Part shown: positions 45,363 through 55,263 of the stretch, piece by piece
Layout: every line of letters begins with the position of its first letter
Numbering within the stretch: position 1 is the first letter of the stretch
IMG/VR virus record: IMGVR_UViG_3300045988_123080
Reading direction: 5' to 3' (one strand)
Length of the DNA: 64,000 nucleotides
From: a virus
The notes under the pieces: model-generated
Told to the model about the DNA's origin: nothing
Database searches by the model: none
The model's input: only the letters and a program-made list of their open reading frames with translations
Made by a program: the position numbers and the translations under genes

Positions 45363-45702
45363 TTCGATGAATCGAGAAGACCGGCGCAGAGAACAGCGTA
45401 AGGCACGAATCCTTGCCCGGCGAATCAAGAAGGCCGGTGGCCCCGACTTTCTGGCTGGAATGCCAGTTGAAGAGTGGGAGCCAAAGATTGGTGATGAGGT
45501 CACCATTAAGGTAAAGAGGATTCAAGGTAAGAAAGATTTCTTCAAGATGAGTCCGCAGTATCAGGACTTTATCAATAGACTTGAAGACGGAAAGCCTTAC
45601 AAAATCACCAGTACCGGCATGAAGGGTCAGGTTTACGGCATTGACGCACATCCTTATTTCCAGATTTGGAAGGGCGATATGGAACCCTATAAGGAGTCCT
45701 AA
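45355..45702 (+). CDS. hypothetical basic protein
   Basis: 115-aa ORF. Confidence 0.4.
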   Translation: MSNSMNREDRRREQRKARILARRIKKAGGPDFLAGMPVEEWEPKIGDEVTIKVKRIQGKKDFFKMSPQYQDFINRLEDGKPYKITSTGMKGQVYGIDAHPYFQIWKGDMEPYKES

Positions 45703-45950
45703 TGAGGATGTACTTCAGGACGGATTATAAAGAGTGGGGCCCGGCAGAAGCCACTTTGCAGAAAGGACACTGGTATAAGGTTCTTTGTGATGCTGGCGAC
45801 TTCTACATAATTGACAACAGACCAGAAAGTAACAAGTGTGGTCTGCGACTAGGAGAAATATCGTTTGTTAATAAAGAAGACCTTGAAGATGATGTCTATG
45901 TCGTAACCGGCAAGAGTGAAGAATTTGAGGAAGGAGGTGGGGCGATATGA
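45702..45950 (+). CDS. hypothetical protein
   Basis: 82-aa ORF, taATGa overlap. Confidence 0.4.
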   Translation: MRMYFRTDYKEWGPAEATLQKGHWYKVLCDAGDFYIIDNRPESNKCGLRLGEISFVNKEDLEDDVYVVTGKSEEFEEGGGAI

Positions 45951-46144
45951 TTGGTATTGACCATCGTGAACAGGGTCGTAAGGAACGAGCCCTTGCGGAG
46001 TATTACAGAACCTTGGCTCGATATCCTACCGAGTGTGGAGAACCGATTACATATCAGTTGTCCGATGAGCAACTTGAACAGGTTCTCTGTGGAGAGGTTA
46101 CTGTTGATGAATTGATTAAAAGAGGTGAGCTAAGTGGCAGTTGA
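45947..46144 (+). CDS. hypothetical protein
   Basis: 65-aa ORF. Confidence 0.35.
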   Translation: MIGIDHREQGRKERALAEYYRTLARYPTECGEPITYQLSDEQLEQVLCGEVTVDELIKRGELSGS

Positions 46145-46418
46145 CCAATACGGGAATTCATTTGGTGTTGGAGATTATGTGTTGATTACAGAGGTTCCAT
46201 CTGGCCTCCCTTATTTTGCAATGATTTCGGTTGTAAAGGTCGAAAAAATCGAAAAGGATAATCATCAAAAAGATATAGTTTATTTCGAACGATGGTATCC
46301 AATTGAACAACGTGGCGAACTTATTTACCGGGAAGCAGATGATTGTGTTGTGACAACTGAACATAACTATCTTGTTTCACTAAAACGTAGAGATGAATGG
46401 GATAAAGAGGTGATGTAA
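46134..46418 (+). CDS. hypothetical protein
   Basis: 94-aa ORF. Confidence 0.4.
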   Translation: MAVDQYGNSFGVGDYVLITEVPSGLPYFAMISVVKVEKIEKDNHQKDIVYFERWYPIEQRGELIYREADDCVVTTEHNYLVSLKRRDEWDKEVM

Positions 46419-46583
46419 GTGAAAGATACGATTAAGATGTGGATCGCTTTCATTAAGATTTTTAAGGATTATCTTATTGCAGTCGGAATCATGATTGCGT
46501 TGTGGCTGCTGTCTTGCCTTATCAAATATGGGATTTCAGTATCCAACTTTCCAGATTGGTTTAAGTTTGCACTTCTAAAGTGA
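46418..46583 (+). CDS. small single-TM membrane protein
   Basis: GTG start overlapping previous stop; ~55 aa with hydrophobic core IAVGIMIALWLLSCLI; below track cutoff. Confidence 0.3.
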
Positions 46584-46594
46584 AGGAGGATTAA

Positions 46595-47386
46595 ATGGTA
46601 GTTAAACTGATTACACATACTCCTGATCCTGAAAAGGTGGTAGCCGCAGCCGCAAAACTGTGTTACTCCAATTCGAGTATTCAGGATTTGATGGATGGAT
46701 TGACCGATGAGAAGGTTGATGAGTTTCTAAATCGACTTTCTAACCTTGGTCACGCTAGTCCTACGGAGCATGTGACTTTTACTTTTGGAATCGAAGGTGT
46801 GAGCCGGTCTTTACTTGCCCAGATTACCCGGCATCGCATTGCATCATTCAGTGTACAGAGTCAGCGCTATGTGCGAATGAATAATGCGGAAATCATCATT
46901 CCTGATGTTATTGACGATGATAGCGAAGCAAGAGAGGCATTTAAACAGGCAATTCAGACCGCTGAATATTCTTATAAGCACCTGTGTCAGATTCTTGAGG
47001 ACAAAATTACTGAAGAACTGATGGTTGCTGATTCTCGTTTGACTGAGAAAAAGGCACGCGTAAAAGCATCCAAGATTGCAAATGAGAACGCACGTTCTGT
47101 TCTGCCAAATGCTTGTTCCACGAAGATGATTGTTACAATGAACGCTCGTTCGTTGAACAATTTCTTTAATCTGCGTTGCTGTGAACGTGCGCAGCCTGAA
47201 ATAAAGGAGCTTGCAACCGAGATGCTAAAGCTGGTTTATCCGATTGCTCCTCATCTGTTCAAGTTTGCTGGTCCCAACTGCTGTGGCAATGGTTGTACCG
47301 AAGGAATGATGTCTTGTGGTAAGTTCCACGAGATTCGTGATAAATACGACAAACTGAAACAGGAGGCATTAAATGCAAACACTTGA
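46595..47386 (+). CDS. thyX: flavin-dependent thymidylate synthase ThyX
   Basis: ThyX signature RHRIASFSVQSQRYV (RHRxxSxxxxSxR); AGGAGGA SD. Confidence 0.75.
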   Translation: MVVKLITHTPDPEKVVAAAAKLCYSNSSIQDLMDGLTDEKVDEFLNRLSNLGHASPTEHVTFTFGIEGVSRSLLAQITRHRIASFSVQSQRYVRMNNAEIIIPDVIDDDSEAREAFKQAIQTAEYSYKHLCQILEDKITEELMVADSRLTEKKARVKASKIANENARSVLPNACSTKMIVTMNARSLNNFFNLRCCERAQPEIKELATEMLKLVYPIAPHLFKFAGPNCCGNGCTEGMMSCGKFHEIRDKYDKLKQEALNANT

Positions 47387-47813
47387 CGAAATTAAGAAGA
47401 ACGTCGAGCACCCGTCTTATTACGGCGGTGCAGACAATCCCTATGAGGCTATCAAAGTGCTGCGAGAGTGGCAACTGGACAAGGATGCTTATCTTTGGAA
47501 TGTTGGTAAATATTTGAGCCGGGCAGGACACAAAGATGGCAATTCTCAACTTCAAGATTTGACGAAGGCACGTTGGTATTTGGACTATAAAATCCGGCTT
47601 TTAGAGGAACAGCAGAAGATTGTTGAAAGCGTCGTAGATACGCTCAAGAAGGTTCCTAGCGAAGTAACTGACAACCTAACTACAATGCTGGATTACATTC
47701 CTCGTCATGCAAAGCCTGATTATACGGATGACTTGGTTTTCCGTCCAGAGATTCATGCTCCAAACATTGAGACTGCCGTGGTTCCTGATTGTGCCGATGA
47801 AGTCAAATTCTAA
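47373..47813 (+). CDS. DUF3310-like phage protein
   Basis: WNVGKYLSRAGHKDG..QDLTKARWYLDY resembles DUF3310 core (KYxxRxGxK...DLxKAxxY). Confidence 0.35.
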   Translation: MQTLDEIKKNVEHPSYYGGADNPYEAIKVLREWQLDKDAYLWNVGKYLSRAGHKDGNSQLQDLTKARWYLDYKIRLLEEQQKIVESVVDTLKKVPSEVTDNLTTMLDYIPRHAKPDYTDDLVFRPEIHAPNIETAVVPDCADEVKF

Positions 47814-47932
47814 GAGGTTTACATATATGAGATACAATTGGGAAGAACCATTTGCGGTATTCGCCCTGTTTGTTACAGTATTGATTTTTGGCTTTGCCAA
47901 ATTTGTTTTAAGATAATCAAGGAGAAAAATAC

Positions 47933-49456
47933 ATGAATATGATGTTTATTGCAATTCCTGTCGTTGTTGTCCTTCTGGTCGCCTTTGCATTTACTTGCTA
48001 CAAGAAGGCTCCTCCTACTCAGGCAATCGTCGTGACAGGTTTTGGGCTGTCTAAGCCAAAAGTTATCTGTGGTCGTGGCGTGTTCGTCCTTCCGGTTATT
48101 CAGCGAGCTGACCGTCTAAATATGCGACTGCTCAAGATTGATGTTAAGACTCCTGAAACAGGTGTTAAGACTAAAGAGGGTGTTTCTCTGTGGCTGGACT
48201 CTGTTGTTACTGTTCAGGTTTACTCTGAAAACTCTACTGTAACTGATGATGAGATTAAGAGCGCCGGTTGCGAGGATGCAAAGACTTACATTAGTGCTCG
48301 TCAGCAGGCTGCTATTTCCAACTTCCTTGGCATGAGTGAAGATGGAATCAACGAGAAGATCAACGATGTCCTTCAGGGCAATCTGCGAGAGATTGTCTCT
48401 GAGATGACTGTCAACGATATCCTGACTAATCGTAAACAGATGGCAATTTCCGTTGTTGAGAATGCTCGTCCTGATCTGGCAAAGATGGGTCTGGAAGTTG
48501 TTACTTTCAATGTTCAGGATATCAAGGATGCTATTGACGCACAGGGTCATAACCATGGTGTCATTGAAGCAATTGGTGTCCAGCAGGAGGAACTGGTGAA
48601 GAAACAGGCTGAGATTGCTAAGGCAGAAGCCGCTCGTGATATTGCTCGCGCAAAGGCTGACACGGCTCGTGAAGCAAACGAGAAGGAAATTGAGTCCAAG
48701 ACTGCTATTGCCCAGCGCAACAATGAGTATCTGCTGGCTCAGGCCGCTCTAAAGACTAAGGCCGATAGAGCAAATGCTGATGCTGAGGCGGCTGGTCAGA
48801 TTCAGATGAATCTCCGTGATAAGGAAATCAAGGAAGCTGAAGCCGATGCAGCTATTGCACAGCAGAAAAAGATGGTTGAACTGGCCGCTAAAGAAGCAGA
48901 AGTTCGCCAGCAGAAGCTGGATGCGGAAGTTCGTAAGCAGGCAGACGCTGACCTGTATAAGCGTCAGAAGGAAGCTGAAGCAAAGAAGTACGAAGCAGAG
49001 CGTTCTGCAGAATCCGCAAAGTTCGCTAAGGAACAGGAGGCAGAAGGTATCCGTATGGTTGGTATGGCGGAAGCTGAGGCCATCAAGCAGAAGGGTCTTG
49101 CTGAAGCAGAAGCTATGCTGAAGAAGGCTGAAGCTTACAAGCAGTACAATGGTGCGGCTATGGGCGAAATGATCATTAAGATTCTTCCTAGCATTGCATC
49201 TGAGGTTGCAAAGCCGCTGGCGTCCATTGACAAGGTTTCCATCATTGGCAGTAACGCAAATGGTGTTTCTGAGATTTCCGGCAATGTCCCAGCAGTCATG
49301 GCTCAGACTTTTGAGGCCGTTCGTGAAGCAACTGGCATTGATATGAAGGAAATTGTCCGTGCCAACAGTTACGATGCAAAGGTCACTAAGAATGTGAACC
49401 TTGTAAGCGATTCGACGATTGTTTCTGAAAAGAACGATGTGCAGGATGCTGAGTAA
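47933..49456 (+). CDS. flotillin-like SPFH/band-7 protein
   Basis: N-terminal TM, SPFH core (AIVVTGFG...VICGRGVFVLPVIQRADRLNMRLLKIDVKTPE) and long Ala/Glu coiled-coil. Confidence 0.6.
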   Translation: MNMMFIAIPVVVVLLVAFAFTCYKKAPPTQAIVVTGFGLSKPKVICGRGVFVLPVIQRADRLNMRLLKIDVKTPETGVKTKEGVSLWLDSVVTVQVYSENSTVTDDEIKSAGCEDAKTYISARQQAAISNFLGMSEDGINEKINDVLQGNLREIVSEMTVNDILTNRKQMAISVVENARPDLAKMGLEVVTFNVQDIKDAIDAQGHNHGVIEAIGVQQEELVKKQAEIAKAEAARDIARAKADTAREANEKEIESKTAIAQRNNEYLLAQAALKTKADRANADAEAAGQIQMNLRDKEIKEAEADAAIAQQKKMVELAAKEAEVRQQKLDAEVRKQADADLYKRQKEAEAKKYEAERSAESAKFAKEQEAEGIRMVGMAEAEAIKQKGLAEAEAMLKKAEAYKQYNGAAMGEMIIKILPSIASEVAKPLASIDKVSIIGSNANGVSEISGNVPAVMAQTFEAVREATGIDMKEIVRANSYDAKVTKNVNLVSDSTIVSEKNDVQDAE

Positions 49457-49467
49457 GAGGTGATTAC

Positions 49468-51669
49468 ATGGAATATGTGATTAAACGCGATGGAACGAAA
49501 GTTTCTTTTGATAAAAGTAAGATTGTAAATGCGATTGAGAAGGCGATGACCTGTACGCCGGGTGGCATCGACGCTCGTGTGTCGAATGCGATTGCTGACT
49601 ATATCGCAGACATGCCGGACATTCTTTCTGTTGAGCAGATTCAGGATATCGTAGTGGACAGTCTAGCAAATAGCCCGTTCATTGATGTTGCAGATGCATA
49701 TAGTCAGTGGCGACAGTATCGTCAGGAAATTCGAGATAAAGAGAAAACCAACGCAAGTATTCTTGAAATTCTTGATGCCCAGAACGACGCAATTAATCAG
49801 GAAAATAGTAATAAGAACGCAACCATCAATAGCACGCAACGTGATTACATGGCCGGAGAGGTATCTAAGGAACTAACTGACAGACTTCTACTTCCAAAGG
49901 ATATCCGAGATGCACACAAAAATGGTTTAATTCATGTGCATGATAAAGATTATTTTGTGATGCACTGCCATAATTGCGATCTGGTCAATCTGGAAGATAT
50001 GCTCCAGAACGGCACCGTCATCTCCGGCACCTATATCGAGAAGCCCCACAGCTTTTCCACCGCCTGCAACATTGCCACCCAGATCATTGCACAGGTGGCT
50101 TCGATGCAATTTGGAGGTCAGAGTATTACACTTTCACATCTGGCTCCATTCGTAGATGTTTCCCGCAAGAAGATTGCAAGTGAAATACGCCAAGAATTTT
50201 ACGAGATGGTTCAGAATAATGAAATCGATAAGATGCCGGAGTCTGAAACTATCAATCGAATTGTAGAAGAGCGTTTACATAAAGAAATTGCTCGTGGCGT
50301 GCAGACCATCCAGTATCAGGTGGTCACCCTGATGACCACCAACGGTCAGGCCCCTTTTATCACCGTGTTTATGTACCTCGATGAAGTTCCAGAAGGTCAG
50401 ACTCGTGATGATTTGGCTCTAATTGTTGAAGAAGTGTTAAAACAGCGCATCCAGGGTGTAAAGAATGAAGTTGGGGTATGGGTCACTCCGGCCTTCCCAA
50501 AGCTCATTTATGCTCTTGATGAGGATAACATTCATCCCGATTCTAAATATTATTACCTGACTGAGCTGGCGGCTAAGTGTACTGCCAAGCGAATGGTTCC
50601 TGATTATATTTCCGCAAAGGTTATGAAGGAGCTTAAAGGCGGTGTGTGGCCTAGCATGGGCTGTAGATCCTTCCTTACTCCTGACCGCATCACTGAGAAC
50701 GTAGCTAATGCCAAGAATTGGGTTAAGGGGCATAAGTATTATGGCCGCTTTAACCAAGGTGTGGTAACTATCAATCTGGTAGATGTGGCTTGCAGTTCAG
50801 AAAGGGACAAGGATAAATTCTGGAAAATCTTCGATGAACGACTCGAATTGTGTCATCGAGCTCTACAGATTCGTCACAAGCGTCTACTCGGCACTCCTTC
50901 TGATATGGCCCCTATCCTGTGGCAGTACGGTGCATTAGCTCGTCTAAAGAAGGGCGAGAAGATCGACAAGTTGCTCTTCGGCGGCTACTCCACCATCAGC
51001 CTGGGTTATGCCGGTCTGTATGAGTGTGTGAAGTATATGACCGGCAAGAGCCACACCGATCCTGATGCTAAACCTTTCGCTCTCGAAATTATGCAGCACA
51101 TGAATGACAAGTGTAACGAGTGGAAGGCCGCTGAAAACATCGATTACTCCCTGTATGGTACTCCTTTGGAGTCCACTACATATGAATTTGCACGTTGCTT
51201 GCAGAAGCGGTTCGGTATGATTCCAGATGTTACTGACCATGACTACGTAACAAATTCTTATCATGTCGTTGTCCGTGAACATATCGATGCTTTCACTAAG
51301 CTAAAGTTTGAGAGCGAGTTCCAGAAGCTTTCTCCCGGAGGAGCGATTAGCTATATCGAGGTGCCAAATCTGCAGCAGAACATTCCTGCGGTGCTTAGTG
51401 TTATGCAGTTCATTTACGACAACATCATGTATGCGGAGCTGAACACCAAGTCCGACTACTGCCAGTGCTGTGGTTACGACGGCGAAATTAAAATTGTAGA
51501 AGATGAGAAAAACCACAAGCTTGTATGGGAGTGCCCGAATTGTGGTAATCGTGACCAGAACAAAATGAATGTCGTAAGACGTACCTGCGGTTACCTGGGA
51601 ACCAATTTTTGGAATCAAGGACGCACTCAGGAAATTCGAGATCGAGTGGTTCATTTGAGCGACAACTAA
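49468..51669 (+). CDS. nrdD: anaerobic ribonucleoside-triphosphate reductase NrdD
   Basis: N-terminal ATP-cone (VIKRDGTKVSFDKSKI), C-terminal Zn site CCGYDG..CPNCGN and glycyl-radical RRTCGYLG. Confidence 0.8.
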   Translation: MEYVIKRDGTKVSFDKSKIVNAIEKAMTCTPGGIDARVSNAIADYIADMPDILSVEQIQDIVVDSLANSPFIDVADAYSQWRQYRQEIRDKEKTNASILEILDAQNDAINQENSNKNATINSTQRDYMAGEVSKELTDRLLLPKDIRDAHKNGLIHVHDKDYFVMHCHNCDLVNLEDMLQNGTVISGTYIEKPHSFSTACNIATQIIAQVASMQFGGQSITLSHLAPFVDVSRKKIASEIRQEFYEMVQNNEIDKMPESETINRIVEERLHKEIARGVQTIQYQVVTLMTTNGQAPFITVFMYLDEVPEGQTRDDLALIVEEVLKQRIQGVKNEVGVWVTPAFPKLIYALDEDNIHPDSKYYYLTELAAKCTAKRMVPDYISAKVMKELKGGVWPSMGCRSFLTPDRITENVANAKNWVKGHKYYGRFNQGVVTINLVDVACSSERDKDKFWKIFDERLELCHRALQIRHKRLLGTPSDMAPILWQYGALARLKKGEKIDKLLFGGYSTISLGYAGLYECVKYMTGKSHTDPDAKPFALEIMQHMNDKCNEWKAAENIDYSLYGTPLESTTYEFARCLQKRFGMIPDVTDHDYVTNSYHVVVREHIDAFTKLKFESEFQKLSPGGAISYIEVPNLQQNIPAVLSVMQFIYDNIMYAELNTKSDYCQCCGYDGEIKIVEDEKNHKLVWECPNCGNRDQNKMNVVRRTCGYLGTNFWNQGRTQEIRDRVVHLSDN

Positions 51670-51791
51670 ATAATGTATAAGCGGTGGGTTGGTGGGGTTA
51701 TTTATGAAAGAAATCATTGTTTTCTTTGTGATTGTATGGGTTATCGCCTATTACATTTTAAAAGATAACTATAAAGATTAAGGAGATACTT

Positions 51792-52643
51792 ATGAAGAAA
51801 TTTATGGCAATTTTCGTTGCATTCCTCATTGCAGTCGGTGCGGTGCTTTGTACCGAGCGAGTACATACTGGCTATGTTGGTGTTGTTTATTCTGCAAAGG
51901 GTGTTGAGCAGCAGACTATTTCTCAGGGCTGGCATTTCATGAGTCCACTGAAGCATGTGTCTGAGTTCCCGATTACTCAGCAGCGAGTGGTATTTTCTAA
52001 TGCTCCGTCCGACTATGGCGTAAAGGAACACGCAGATTGGCACATTGATGCCCCTGCTAATGGCGGTACGATTGCAATCAACCTGACTGTCAATTATAAC
52101 TTCCTGCCGGAGCATGTTGTTGAACTGTACACCAAGTTTGGTGGTATGGACGGTGAGAGCCTGATGGAGAGCAAGATTCAGAACGATATTATTGCTTACG
52201 TCAAGGAAGTTACTCCTCAGTTCAGTGTCATGCAGATTTATTCCGATGATCGAGCAGGTGTGAATACTGCAATCACCAACTATCTGAATGAGAAGCTGAC
52301 CGCAGAGTATGGAATCAATGTTTCCTCTGCTCTGATTGTGGATGCACAGCCTGATGATACCCTGATGCAGAAGATTCGCGCAAAGGAGCAGGCAAAGCAG
52401 GACGCAGAGATTGCAGAGCTGAATAAGCAGACCGCTCTGGCTCAGGCGGAGACTGATAAGGTTAAGGCACAGACGGAAGCTGACGTTAAGATGATTGAAG
52501 CACAGGCCGAGGCTGATGCAAATAAGGTGCTTTCCGAGTCTATCACTCCTGAGCTGATTCAGATGAAGGAAGCAGAAGCTCGTCTGAAGCATGGTTGGGT
52601 GACTGTACAGGGTGCTGATACCGTTGTAACTAAGGGTGAGTAA
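51792..52643 (+). CDS. SPFH/band-7 (HflC/prohibitin-like) membrane protein
   Basis: N-terminal TM then HTGYVGVVYSAKGV..QGWHFMSPL SPFH core and Ala/Gln/Glu-rich coiled-coil. Confidence 0.55.
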   Translation: MKKFMAIFVAFLIAVGAVLCTERVHTGYVGVVYSAKGVEQQTISQGWHFMSPLKHVSEFPITQQRVVFSNAPSDYGVKEHADWHIDAPANGGTIAINLTVNYNFLPEHVVELYTKFGGMDGESLMESKIQNDIIAYVKEVTPQFSVMQIYSDDRAGVNTAITNYLNEKLTAEYGINVSSALIVDAQPDDTLMQKIRAKEQAKQDAEIAELNKQTALAQAETDKVKAQTEADVKMIEAQAEADANKVLSESITPELIQMKEAEARLKHGWVTVQGADTVVTKGE

Positions 52644-52771
52644 GTAACATCTTATTGATGGAATAAAAGCAGGGTGGGTGTGGTGGCATGAAAACATGGA
52701 TGTGGAACGTATACGTCAGTTGATTCTCGAAATTATTCGAGTCATACAACAAGCGAACAATATTAGTCAAA

Positions 52772-53017
52772 ATGAAATGGAAGATATTATTTCTGATGTT
52801 GAGTTTGATTTTTATAACGGTCGATAAAGAAAGGAGTCTTATGGATTATTGGTCTGTTGAAGTAATGTACTACGATGATGGGAATCAGGCATTCAATACA
52901 TATATGGTAAAGGCGCAGGATCAGAATGATGCTATAAACAAGGCGCATCATCGCTTTGAAAAGGCTCATCCTAACATGAGCTGTATGATTCAGAGCATTG
53001 AAAAGGCAGGTGGCTGA
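52772..53017 (+). CDS. hypothetical protein
   Basis: probable ATG 52841 after AAAGGAG. Confidence 0.4.
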   Translation: MKWKILFLMLSLIFITVDKERSLMDYWSVEVMYYDDGNQAFNTYMVKAQDQNDAINKAHHRFEKAHPNMSCMIQSIEKAGG

Positions 53018-53342
53018 GATGGACTTCAAATGTAAGTGTGGCAGTGAATCCTTCTTTATCCAGAGTAAAGGTAGCCAGATTGGTCTGTATTGCTCTGCTT
53101 GTGGCAAGTGGCAGAAATGGCTCACTAAGAATGAAGTGAGACAGTTTGAGTACGAGACGAATACGTTGGATTTTTATGAAAAATTCGCCTTAACTCCATG
53201 GGACTGCCTACACTGTGCTTTTAGAGATTTTGGACTAGATCTCCCTGAAATACCTGGTAAGATGGCCGATACTCTTATGGAAGATTTCTTCGAGATTATG
53301 AAAAAGCACGGATTATGGAGAAAGAGTAAGAATGATTGCTAA
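52998..53342 (+). CDS. Zn-ribbon protein
   Basis: probable ATG 53019; CKCGS...CSACGK. Confidence 0.4.
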   Translation: MKRQVAEMDFKCKCGSESFFIQSKGSQIGLYCSACGKWQKWLTKNEVRQFEYETNTLDFYEKFALTPWDCLHCAFRDFGLDLPEIPGKMADTLMEDFFEIMKKHGLWRKSKNDC

Positions 53343-53487
53343 ACTCTTGAAACGTCTACTCCGTTGGTTCCTTCCAGAGTGTAGTCGATGTGGTGGCGTG
53401 ATGTTCTATGATGCAAAACACAGTTTGTGTGATAAATGGCACTTTGTCTGTAACACCTGTGGTCGTGAGAAGTGGGGTGCTTTATGA
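53332..53487 (+). CDS. small Zn-ribbon protein
   Basis: 51 aa (below track cutoff); CSRCGG...CNTCGRE. Confidence 0.3.
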   Translation: MIAKLLKRLLRWFLPECSRCGGVMFYDAKHSLCDKWHFVCNTCGREKWGAL

Positions 53488-53735
53488 GTGTTGAGTCAAA
53501 ATGTCACTTCAATATTGAGCCTCTGCTTAACCCATCATATAAGAAAGTGCTCATTATCGAAACCGACAATTGGGCATCTTGTGAGATTGTAAATAAAAAC
53601 ACTTATTATGAAGTGGAAAGCACAATAAGGTACGAATACCGCAATAATGAGCCAAATGAAACAAAATATCTTGAGGCAAAAAAGATAAATGGAATTCCGT
53701 TGAGAAATCTTTGGATAGAAATTCATTCACGATAA
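53472..53735 (+). CDS. hypothetical protein
   Basis: 87-aa ORF. Confidence 0.4.
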   Translation: MGCFMSVESKCHFNIEPLLNPSYKKVLIIETDNWASCEIVNKNTYYEVESTIRYEYRNNEPNETKYLEAKKINGIPLRNLWIEIHSR

Positions 53736-53761
53736 AAGTGCCGTTCTAGCGAGGTAAATGT

Positions 53762-54016
53762 GTGGAAAAGAAATACGTAAAAATCTTTAAATGCCGTGAA
53801 TGTGATCGCTACATCACTTTTTATGATGTTGATTTATCTGCTGTTGAGGAATGGACTCTTTCCGAAATGTTTAAAGATGGTCGTGAACCCGCTGAAGTGT
53901 CTGGCGGTTCTAGGCTTTCTGGACAGAATAAATTCCTGCTTCATCGGTGTGATCAAGAGAAGCTTTGTGTTTGTGATTTCATTGGATGGAAAGAAATCGA
54001 GGCTAAAAATGATTAA
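53762..54016 (+). CDS. hypothetical Cys-containing protein
   Basis: 84-aa ORF, GTG start; CRECDRY..CDQEKLCVCD. Confidence 0.4.
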   Translation: MEKKYVKIFKCRECDRYITFYDVDLSAVEEWTLSEMFKDGREPAEVSGGSRLSGQNKFLLHRCDQEKLCVCDFIGWKEIEAKND

Positions 54017-54341
54017 CAATCCTTTTGCAGAAGATGGTATTGTCGCTTGCCAGAATTGTGGTAGCGGCGAATACCTTTATAACGAAGACGAGAATCGAAA
54101 TAGCTACTGCGGTCAGTGTGGCACTCGAATTGACTGGCCGGAAGATGAAGACGGTTGGAAGAGTACAAATACTGACCTTCCGAAATATGGAGTACTGTGC
54201 AAGATTAAATATAAAGATGGTCGAGAAGATACGGCTGTTTTAAGTTCTTATATCGGATGGCATACTGACGGCATGTTTAATACTCTCAAGGAGCCGGATT
54301 ATTGGCGATACATGACGGAGGAAGAGAAGAATGGGGCTTAA
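54010..54341 (+). CDS. Zn-ribbon protein
   Basis: ATG 54010 within track ORF 53796-54341; CQNCGS...CGQCG. Confidence 0.4.
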
Positions 54342-54396
54342 AAACACAAAACAGGATGCGCTTTCTAAAATTCCGCTTTTAACAGAAAGGAAGGGT

Positions 54397-54705
54397 ATGT
54401 TTAAAATTTTTAAAAATACTGCCGTATGCATACTTCTAGCAACGATTATACTGACTGGATGTAGTACAAGGGTGAAAGACTCAGTAGGAAATGTAACTGT
54501 AGCGAATGGCTGGTTCTATCGTATCGGTGACACTCCTATGGTGTACGACAAGGATACACACATCATGTATTATTTGTTCGGAAAAGGTGCAGGCTACACA
54601 GGCTACGGCTATATGTCTCCTTATTATAATGAGCACGGTCAGATGTGCCACTACGTTGATGGTCAGATTATTCCTATCGAGGAGGTGCTAATCGATGTGG
54701 ATTGA
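54397..54705 (+). CDS. putative lipoprotein
   Basis: signal peptide MFKIFKNTAVCILLATIILTGC with LTGC lipobox; track ORF 54331-54705. Confidence 0.45.
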   Translation: MFKIFKNTAVCILLATIILTGCSTRVKDSVGNVTVANGWFYRIGDTPMVYDKDTHIMYYLFGKGAGYTGYGYMSPYYNEHGQMCHYVDGQIIPIEEVLIDVD

Positions 54706-54883
54706 TTTTACGATTGCTGTCTTAGCAACTCTAATTATGATGGGCTGTTGCATCCGATGTGAGCAGCTTATCGTTGAAGTGTCCAAGGCAAGTTTTGATG
54801 ACGAAAGCACACAGAAGTTCTTTTGTGGAGTTGTGAATGTTGCTATTGTCGTGTTTGCAGCATTACAGACGTTTAAGCATTGA
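54695..54883 (+). CDS. small membrane protein
   Basis: 62 aa, hydrophobic N-terminus. Confidence 0.35.
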   Translation: MWIDFTIAVLATLIMMGCCIRCEQLIVEVSKASFDDESTQKFFCGVVNVAIVVFAALQTFKH

Positions 54884-54894
54884 GGTGGTTTAAG

Positions 54895-55263
54895 ATGGCG
54901 AAATACATTCCTGAAAATGCTCGATGGGCGGATATCACTCCTTTGCTAGATGAGATTGACAGTGGCTTAAAACATATGCGCTTTTATGACGAACAAGATG
55001 ACTATTCTGATTTTCTAGCAGAAGAACGCGAAGATCTACTGAGGCTTCCGAAAGCAGAATCTAATACGGTTCGCGCTATCGCACACTGGGATCACTGGTC
55101 ATGCGATGACGAAGAAGACTTTGTATATCATTGCTCTAACTGTAGTGAACAGTTTTACGAAGATTTCTTTTATCCTCGTGAGAATCCTTGTGTTGGTTCT
55201 GAAAAGTATAAACCTTTTAAGTATTGCCCTTATTGCGGGGCGAAAATGGAGGGCGTTAAATGA
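54895..55263 (+). CDS. hypothetical Zn-ribbon protein (paralog of 43858-44157)
   Basis: AHWDHWSCDDEEDFVYHCSNC...KYCPYCGAKMEG parallels 43858 ORF. Confidence 0.45.
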   Translation: MAKYIPENARWADITPLLDEIDSGLKHMRFYDEQDDYSDFLAEEREDLLRLPKAESNTVRAIAHWDHWSCDDEEDFVYHCSNCSEQFYEDFFYPRENPCVGSEKYKPFKYCPYCGAKMEGVK

